From contig OX597816.1 of the NCBI GenBank assembly GCA_951406725.2, positions 106,888,001 through 106,952,000 of the forward strand: a DNA stretch of 64,000 nucleotides, written 5' to 3'. Made by a program: the position numbers and the translations under genes. Under the pieces are notes generated by a model. The model was not told where the DNA came from and did no database searches. It saw only the letters and a program-made list of their open reading frames with translations. Source of the DNA: Octopus vulgaris (Eukaryota). Shown here in pieces: positions 56,091 to 64,000 of the stretch. Within the stretch, counting starts at the first letter, position 1, and each line of letters opens with the position of its first letter.

Positions 56091-56091
<1 letters not shown>
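55790..56091 (-). mobile_element. tRNA-derived SINE sharing its tail with family C
   Basis: Minus head ggaggcgcaatggcccggtggttagggc...ggtttcgattcc; tail ccggtttcccggtttc..ctggacgggacgcc shared with 21950-22050. Confidence 0.85.
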
Positions 56092-56157
<66 letters not shown>

Positions 56158-56161
56158 GTTA

Positions 56162-56249
<88 letters not shown>

Positions 56250-56689
56250 GTGAGCGAGCAGAGCATGCCATCAAAGTGACACTGGGGTAAAATATACGAA
56301 GCCCAATATACCCATCATGACTACCCGTCTGATAAAGGTACACCAGGCACATGCATCACAACCATATGTGCGCGACATGGTGATCTCATATCAAGATAAA
56401 CAGCACATGACCTTGCAGGTGGGGCCCAGTTAGAATTTTCTTCAGGTTGAGTAGCCCATCCCGCTCAAACGGTCCCTGAATAAGGGTTGTTTAAGGATGT
56501 TGAAAGAACCACCCATGTTTCCAGAGGTGAACTATTCAAACCCCAAAGAATCCCTCTCAACACATGGCTATGATGCTCCCCCACTACTTCTGCTCGTGAT
56601 CAGAGATGCACATATCGTCAGCCACTAAGGGACATGCTCAACTGGTTAAGGTCAAACAACTGACAAGCAAATCTGTGGTATTGAGCAGA

Positions 56690-56690
<1 letters not shown>
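56250..56690. mobile_element. Repeat family D between (TAT)n tracts
   Basis: Homologous to 10139-10580. Confidence 0.88.
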
Positions 56691-56748
<58 letters not shown>

Positions 56749-57428
56749 CTATGTGTCTTTATTAGTACTATTACTCTCGCCAGTTTACTTGATGCCAGTC
56801 CAACACAGTTCTTGTTTTTATTTTGCATTTTGTCCTTGTACAGCTCTTAACGTCTTGGGCTCCTGTGATCAGTAAAAGGAACCATCATCATCATCATCAC
56901 CTTCGTCATCCTCATCGTTGTCGCTGTCGTTGTCGTTGTTGTTGTTATTATTTTCATGACCATTGCTTCTCGTCTGTCCGAAATCAAACGATAAATCGGC
57001 AATAAACGAAATATTATTTCGTGAATATTTATTTCTATAGAGACGCATTATTTGCTGCTAAAGAGAAGACGGGCATTAAATTTATATACATATACGCAAA
57101 TACTCAATTTCCTGTTTATAGATAAATGTATATTTCTATGTGCTAGCAAATATATTTCAAGTCATACTTGTTATTTGTGTTTGATTCCATATTTGTTTGT
57201 AATAAAGACATTGATTTCTTATGACAGGCTACACGGCAAACGTTTGGGAAGTCGAAGAAGGGGAAAACGGAGAGAAGGAGCAGGAGGAGGCAAAAGAAGG
57301 GAAAGAAATAGAAGAGCAAGAGAAAAAGAAGGAGAGGAGGAGATGAAAAGGTGAAGGTGGAGAAGATGAATTTCAGTCGATCAAAATGACAGTCTTCAGT
57401 ATGTTATTCCTCTCTCTCTCTTTTTATA

Positions 57429-57483
<55 letters not shown>

Positions 57484-57485
57484 TG

Positions 57486-57615
<130 letters not shown>

Positions 57616-57621
57616 TACATA

Positions 57622-57691
<70 letters not shown>

Positions 57692-58036
57692 CATACATAT
57701 ATGTGTATATATATATATATAATATCTGCCTTGAAGCGATGTAAAGTAAAACTGACCCCGGGGAAATGTGAACTTAGAATATATATGCAGACAAATAAAC
57801 ACTGTAACTCAGCTTCTGTTCGGCACGCTAATTCTTCGTCTTTCAAGCGCACATCATAAAAACTTCGGTTATTTTGTTTAGGCACATAGTCGTTTATTTC
57901 AAGGAAGACAAATATGAGATTGTGAGCTTCGTTTACTTTCCGAGAGCATCGTCGACCCGAATCGCCAATAACTTATTTTTTACTCTATGGCCTTCATAAA
58001 ATAGAGCTAATCTAAATATTGGAATCATGCTCATAT

Positions 58037-58079
<43 letters not shown>

Positions 58080-58160
58080 CTTGTTTTTATTGGATAGTAT
58101 GGGAAGCATGTTTTTTTTTTATATATCAATATTATTATTATAATTTTATAGTTATGTATA

Positions 58161-58292
58161 TCCTCTGACGATGCCTTTGGTTATTTAAACTGACAAATAT
58201 AATGTTTAATGGCTAGGACTATATTACAATGGCATCTATGGGCAATTTAAGTTGGATTGTCTCATGACCATAGGCTGAAACAGCTGTAAGGA
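58161..58292 (+). ncRNA. Type I hammerhead with ~80-nt loop on stem II; stem III CAGCTG
   Basis: tcct CTGACGA t-gcctttggtta...tgaccataggc-t GAAA CAGCTG TA agga. Confidence 0.8.
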
Positions 58293-58465
58293 GCAGTTTA
58301 TTTGTATTATTTTTATTTTATTATTAATTTACATATTGATGTATTTTTTTTTGTTCGATTTTCATGTTCCTATTTGTATAATTAATAAATAATGTGAAAT
58401 TGTAATATCCGTAAGTTGATGATCGAAATTAATATGTTCCTCCATTTTCTTATTTGTATTATGAA

Positions 58466-58836
58466 CTAGCAGTATCGCCCGGCGTTGCTCGGGTTTGTAA
58501 GGGAAATAACTATAAAGCATTTTTAGAGAGTTATAGCCAAAATATAGCAAAAAAATTGGAAAAAAATGAGGGTAAATTTTTTTTGAGAGTTAAAAGGGTC
58601 GAGTTGCGTCCCCTAGACAGTCTGTGGTTTGTGTTTCTGATTCTCGACCCCATGTCGAATTTATCGATTTTTTTCAGAACTGGGGAACTTTTCAAAATTT
58701 TCGCTGCGTTAGTTTTGAATTATGACATTGGGCTATGAGTGTGTCAAGTTTCATCAGAATCGGTTGAAAGCCGTGGTCAGGGTGAGGGTACACACAGACA
58801 CACACACAGACAAACTGCCGTTTATATATAGAGAGA
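58466..58836 (-). mobile_element. Non-autonomous Helitron
   Basis: Minus 5' TCTCTCTATATATAAA, 3' hairpin cccgagcaacgccggg then CTAG; inserted between A and T. Confidence 0.9.
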
Positions 58837-59001
58837 TTAACGGTAAAATATTTTTTACCTTCACCCATTCAATACAATAAATGATTTAATTGCATTGCAA
58901 TTATAGGAATTTATGTATATAGTATTTGGGTACCTTACCAGCAGTATATTGGATAACTGATATCCCATAGTGGGTTACTTTCATAACCCCTATCTTACTT
59001 T

Positions 59002-59037
<36 letters not shown>

Positions 59038-59147
59038 TGCGTGGAGAGTACAGCATGAGAGGGTTATATACATTTATCTAACACATTCTGATTGAATCTT
59101 CCATGCGTCAGCATGTACTTTCATGCGACATTGTAACTTTTGATTTA

Positions 59148-59242
59148 ATCCTTGGCCTGAAGAGTAGCCGGTGGTATACGCCTCGCATGGATTTTTACCA
59201 CTTTTGACGTTCCGCCCATTATGAAACAAATGTAGCCTGGAT
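59148..59242 (+). ncRNA. Type I hammerhead with extended stem II
   Basis: atccttggc CTGAAGA gtagccggtgg...ccgcccattat GAAA caaatg TA gcctggat. Confidence 0.7.
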
Positions 59243-59670
59243 CTTACCTATTCCTTTCCGTAACTCTTGTATATAACTTTCAAACACATTTACCCAATGT
59301 ACGACCGTATCAATAAATAAATTCTATAATTAAATTACAATCACTCCTAAATACGTAACTAAATAAGGGTATTTATTCCAGACCCAAGAATTCTTGGTAT
59401 ATTTCATTGACGAAGGCAAAGTGGTTTTATGCAGAGCCAGAATCCCAGGGTCTGCAATTTTCCAATTTTCACTAGTTTATTTATCTATTTGTCATCTCAC
59501 CTTGTGCTGTATTGAATACATGTGGTTTTAGAGTAAGGTTTTGATTGTTATTTCAAGCATGGTGATATCTCTTATATACCCTTATTTATACTTTTAATAA
59601 TTATAACATATAAGGTCTTTTCTTCCCATGCTGCCACTTGATTTGATCGTTATTCAAATAGCAACCTTTT

Positions 59671-59747
<77 letters not shown>

Positions 59748-59823
59748 TATATGTATATATATGTATATATATATATATATATATGCACATACATACATTC
59801 ATACACACACATACATACATACA

Positions 59824-59924
<101 letters not shown>

Positions 59925-60599
59925 TGGACTGTCCCGTCGTTCGGCAATTTCATGCCGAACAACTATACAATTGATTTGTTTATAGTGATCAAATGTTTCC
60001 GTTCACATAAGTTGACTTCTTCCAGCAAATCGACATTATTAGTACAGGTGCATTGTGTAACACATGTCAGGTGACGAAATGATTGCAGAGCAGCGTGAAA
60101 TGATGTGCTTTGCTCAAGAACAAAACGCAACAGCTTGTTTGCGAATGTAAATAAGAAGAAAAAGAAAATGGTGACTGGAAAGTTAATAATTGTTCATTAT
60201 TGACAGAAAATTAATCATCTTCACTTACAGCTGTTTCAATTAATATCCGGTAAATAATAGGTAAATATTTAATTTATATTTATATGACCTGAGGATAATA
60301 CCTTCAAAGGGAAAAAGTTATACCCTTGGATATTATATATGTGTTTATGGATTCATTATAGCAGCCTGAATGATACGGTTTATGATTTTTATCGTTATAT
60401 TTGGGCAAGGGGGTTACAGGTTGATTGAAGTAACTAGAATTAGAAGAATAAATGAATAAATTACATAGAGATGATAGATATAATTTAAATATGAATAAGG
60501 TAAGTTTATAGTTAATAAAAGAATGGAATATTTGTTTATAAAGTATAAATAAAGTTATGAAATATTTGTATATACGTAAGTACGTACGTATACATATAT

Positions 60600-60801
60600 A
60601 TGACCGCGTGTGTACCGTTGGCGATTTTTTTCCTTCGTCTTCCCTTCTCTGGATCTTTCCTTTTCCTATGTTTCTGACGAAGAGCTCCGCTCGAAACGTT
60701 AAACCCTCCTTCTTCTCTTCCTTCCTGAGTGTCCAATAATACTATATTTGTTACACGTCCTCGCGTTCTTGTGTTTTCTCTTTGTGTTCTCATGTTTGGA
60801 T

Positions 60802-60805
<4 letters not shown>
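60600..60805 (+). mobile_element. ~200-bp non-coding HHR-bearing element ending in (TA)n (retrozyme or solo PLE terminal repeat)
   Basis: Three copies in window (6271, 12236, 60600); shared end ggattaa abutting a microsatellite. Confidence 0.8.
60670..60704 (+). ncRNA. Ultra-minimal 35-nt hammerhead
   Basis: gttt CTGACGA a-gagc-tcc-gctc GAAA cg TT aaac; stem III reduced to the ACGT palindrome. Confidence 0.8.
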
Positions 60806-60884
<79 letters not shown>

Positions 60885-60888
<4 letters not shown>

Positions 60889-62036
60889 AATAAATGAATG
60901 GAGTTGAACGACGAATTAACAAAATTCCTTTATTCTCGACATATGTTTCGAAGGCTGCATATTCCTAATTTCGAAGGAATAAGGGGTGCATTATGCCGCC
61001 TTCTCATCAGGAAAAACAAGGAACTTATGTCAGCATCAAGATGAACAAACACTTTTAGATGACTGCCCACACGGAGCCCATATCGATAATGTGTGTTTCT
61101 TTAAAATATTCCGTTATAAGCAGTGAGGTTAAAAATGGTTGAATGTAGAAGATTCTAGAAGGTTCAAGGGTTCAAACAAGGTTGGAGGAGAGAGGTCTAA
61201 GAATAGGAAGGTGACAGGGTGCAAATCATATGAATGGTGATTTGTTGTTGTTTTCTTTTGTGATTGAGTGCCTATGTGTGTGTATGTATATAACTGCATT
61301 CATGTCTATGTGTGTGCGTGATTGTGTGTGTGGTTGGGTAGATGCCAAAAAAAACAGTGGTGAAGTGACAGGTTCGTGTCTGTGTGTTTGATTGTGCTTA
61401 CGATAGAGAGAGGGAAAGAGAGAGAGGAGGGCGAGGTAGAGAGACAAAGGTAAAACATACCTCAATGGGTTGGGTAGTAGTCCTTTATGAGTATAATAAT
61501 TGACTATGGGGGTGATGTATAAATGGAACTAAATTATTAAAATTCAAGGAGGTTATCTATATTAATCATCATTCATATGAGTGAAAGGTGTGTTTCTGCC
61601 AGTGCATGCACCTATAGGATTTTTCGACTATTGTATTAATTAAAGGGACTTTGGCGAACAATATATGGAAAAGTTCGGAATTACAGACGCCACAAAATTT
61701 TCTGCCCTTATCAAACGGAAAGGATACAGACAATATGGACCATTCCAGCTTGAAAGTTGTATTGCTATCCTTAAGACGCCAAACTAATTTACTTAGTCCT
61801 GTGCTTTGTTGTTTTCTCTTATCTCGGAAAGTTGAATAATGATTGGAGATTCTCTGGGCTAATTTAGAAGTAGTTGCCCCAATGTAGAAGAAGACATCGG
61901 TACCGGAAGAAATTTTACACTGGTAAATGGAATTTCTAATTTTGGAATTGCTGGATAAGAACTTTAATCTGTTAGGGTTTACTTCCGAGACTAAGACGGA
62001 GTTTTTATTGTTATGATTGCTGTTAATATTATTGCT
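60885..62036 (-). mobile_element. Second 5'-truncated PLE of the 41-kb family; open GIY-YIG frame 62036-61569 with no ATG
   Basis: SNNINSNHNNKNSVLVSEVNPNRLKFLSSNSKIRNSIYQCKISSGTDVFFYIGATTSKLAQRISNHYSTF...CGVCNSE...CMHWQKHTFHSYE*. Confidence 0.9.
60932..61016 (-). ncRNA. PLE type I hammerhead, stem III CATATG
   Basis: ttttc CTGATGA gaaggcggcata...tatgcagccttc GAAA CATATG TC gagaa. Confidence 0.9.
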
Positions 62037-62208
62037 ATATATATATTTATAAATAAGGATAATATCAATATTTAAATATCGATATTAACAAGTGGCCAGC
62101 ATGGGAAAAAATACCGTACAAAGGTGATAATTTAACGTGGTTTTTAAAGTCAGGGTTTTGACTGCTATTCCGGCATGGTGGTGTCTCTCAGACACCCTTA
62201 TTTTTAGT

Positions 62209-62254
<46 letters not shown>

Positions 62255-62292
62255 CATATACATACATATACACACACACACACACGTACGCA

Positions 62293-63060
62293 CTAGCTGA
62301 ATTACCCGGCGTTGCCCAGGTTACTGCTGTTCTTATTCAGATTAGTAAAGAATAAATATGAAGACATATTTTTCTCATAATTACTTCAAAATATCTATAT
62401 TTTATTTAAAAAAACACTTTGTAACGATAATAGAATTTAGATCTGAAAATCTGTCAATCTTGAAGCACCTCAGGGTAAACAATATTCATCGTGTAATCTT
62501 TTGTTGGTGTCCAAATGAATAAAGTGTTGCTGCTTCCAACACGTGAGCTGGCCGTGGGAGAAGCATGTAGTAGAGAGATCAAGTCCAACAACGTTGAAGG
62601 ATTGACCCTGAGATTTGTTAATTGAAATACCAAAACTTTGGAAACTGAAGCTTCTTAAATTCAAATGGAACATCTGTAGGTACGAGAAAACATTTTGAAA
62701 TAAAGACATTTTCTTATTTGTGACTATGATTGTTGCCTGTAGGACATGGGGCTTCATGGAAGTAACATTTAAGGGAGTTCCATTACGCAGGTGAATGGGT
62801 CAATATTCTTAAGCAACATAATGGGAACATCCAGTTTTAGTGTCAAGTTATGCGGTGGCATCCCAATGATTTTAAATGTGTTCAGAAATTCAACAGAGTA
62901 TTGAATAGCCTGATCTTCATCGACTGTTGTGTAAATTGGGGGGAAAGTCATTTCTGATGTATCTGTTAACTTTTGAAGAAGTTCATGATTGATTTTCTCA
63001 ACCATTTCATTAGTTGGAGCCAGTATAGCTCTTTCACAATTTACGTCAGTGTAATTGACA
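62293..63060 (-). mobile_element. Helitron 3' end with PIF1-like helicase pseudogene
   Basis: RAILAPTNEMVEKIN..EFLNT....GMPPHNLTLK..PIMLLKN; SINKSQGQSFNVVGLDL...FSHGQL; 3' hairpin cctgggcaacgccggg plus CTAG. Confidence 0.92.
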
Positions 63061-63336
63061 ATCACACATACACTGAGACACACACACATACACTGACATA
63101 CACATACACTCTCACATACACTTACATATATATGCTAAAACAGACTCACAGACATACATTTTCGAAACGAACGCGCAAACACACACGCACTCACAGACAC
63201 ATACACGTATACAAAATGTGTCGTCGTCGTGGTATAAAATATCCTTTACTATCTTGTACGTAACGAACGCACAAACACACACAAACGCACAGACACATGC
63301 ACGCTCATATACAAAATGGATTAGGATAATGGATAT

Positions 63337-63455
63337 GGTTAGGGTTAGGTTCAGGTTTAGGGTCAGGGTTAGGTTTTGGTTTAGGGTTAAGGTTAGGGTT
63401 TTGGTTAGGGGTAGGGTAAGGATAAGGGTGGGATTTAGGGTTAGGATTGAGGTTT
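63337..63455 (+). repeat. Degenerate (TTAGGG)n-like tract
   Basis: ggttagggttaggttcaggtttagggtcagggttagg... Confidence 0.8.
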
Positions 63456-64000
63456 TGGAATGGTTGAGGTTACTTTTTCCCTGGGCGAATCAATGTCCTC
63501 TGAGTGAATTTGGTAGACAGAAATTTTGAGGAAACCCGTCGATCTATTTATGTGTGTATGTGTGTGTGTATGTGTGTGCTTGACGGCCGATGTTGTTTAG
63601 TTTACGTTCCTGGAATTTAAAGTTTCGGTAAAAGACACCGATAGAATAAGTACTAGACTTTAAAAGATATGTACTGGCGCCAGTCTGTTCAACTCAAACT
63701 CTTCAGGGCGGTGCTCCAGAATGGCCGTAGACCAATGACTGAAACATGTAAAGATAAAAGATAAGATAACACTGTACTGTTTTAGTAAGTACATCATGTC
63801 GCAGGAAAAGGTATTGCTTTGATCTCAATCTAAGGTAGCTGCTGAAAATATATGTATTGTTTCCCATAGAAATATGACACAATCAATATTTTCGATCGCA
63901 TATTGTGGATTTAAAAGGCTTATATCTCGTCTGTTTACTCCAGCATCATAAAAGATTAACATTCGAAATGTGTCTTTATGTATATATGTATGTATGTATT

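Overview
AT-rich, microsatellite-saturated eukaryotic non-coding DNA. The repeat families look like those of an octopus (coleoid cephalopod); this is recalled similarity, not a database match. No host protein-coding gene is confidently identifiable, and nearly all listed ORFs are microsatellite artefacts. The window is a mosaic of tRNA-derived SINEs, four Penelope-like element (PLE) fragments with GIY-YIG domains, R4/Dong-like, Tx1/L1-like, RTE and CR1 LINE remnants, a decayed mariner, Tc1/hAT MITEs, two Helitrons and a Helentron-like element. The most notable signal is about ten minimal type I hammerhead-ribozyme (HHR) motifs from several unrelated families. Several have different palindromic stem III sequences and some have greatly extended stem II. 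Most sit in short modules inserted at (TA)n, and four lie within 58.1-61.0 kb. Also notable are microsatellite-associated retroelements, TA-linked inverted duplications and a PLE family with an Asn-rich linker.
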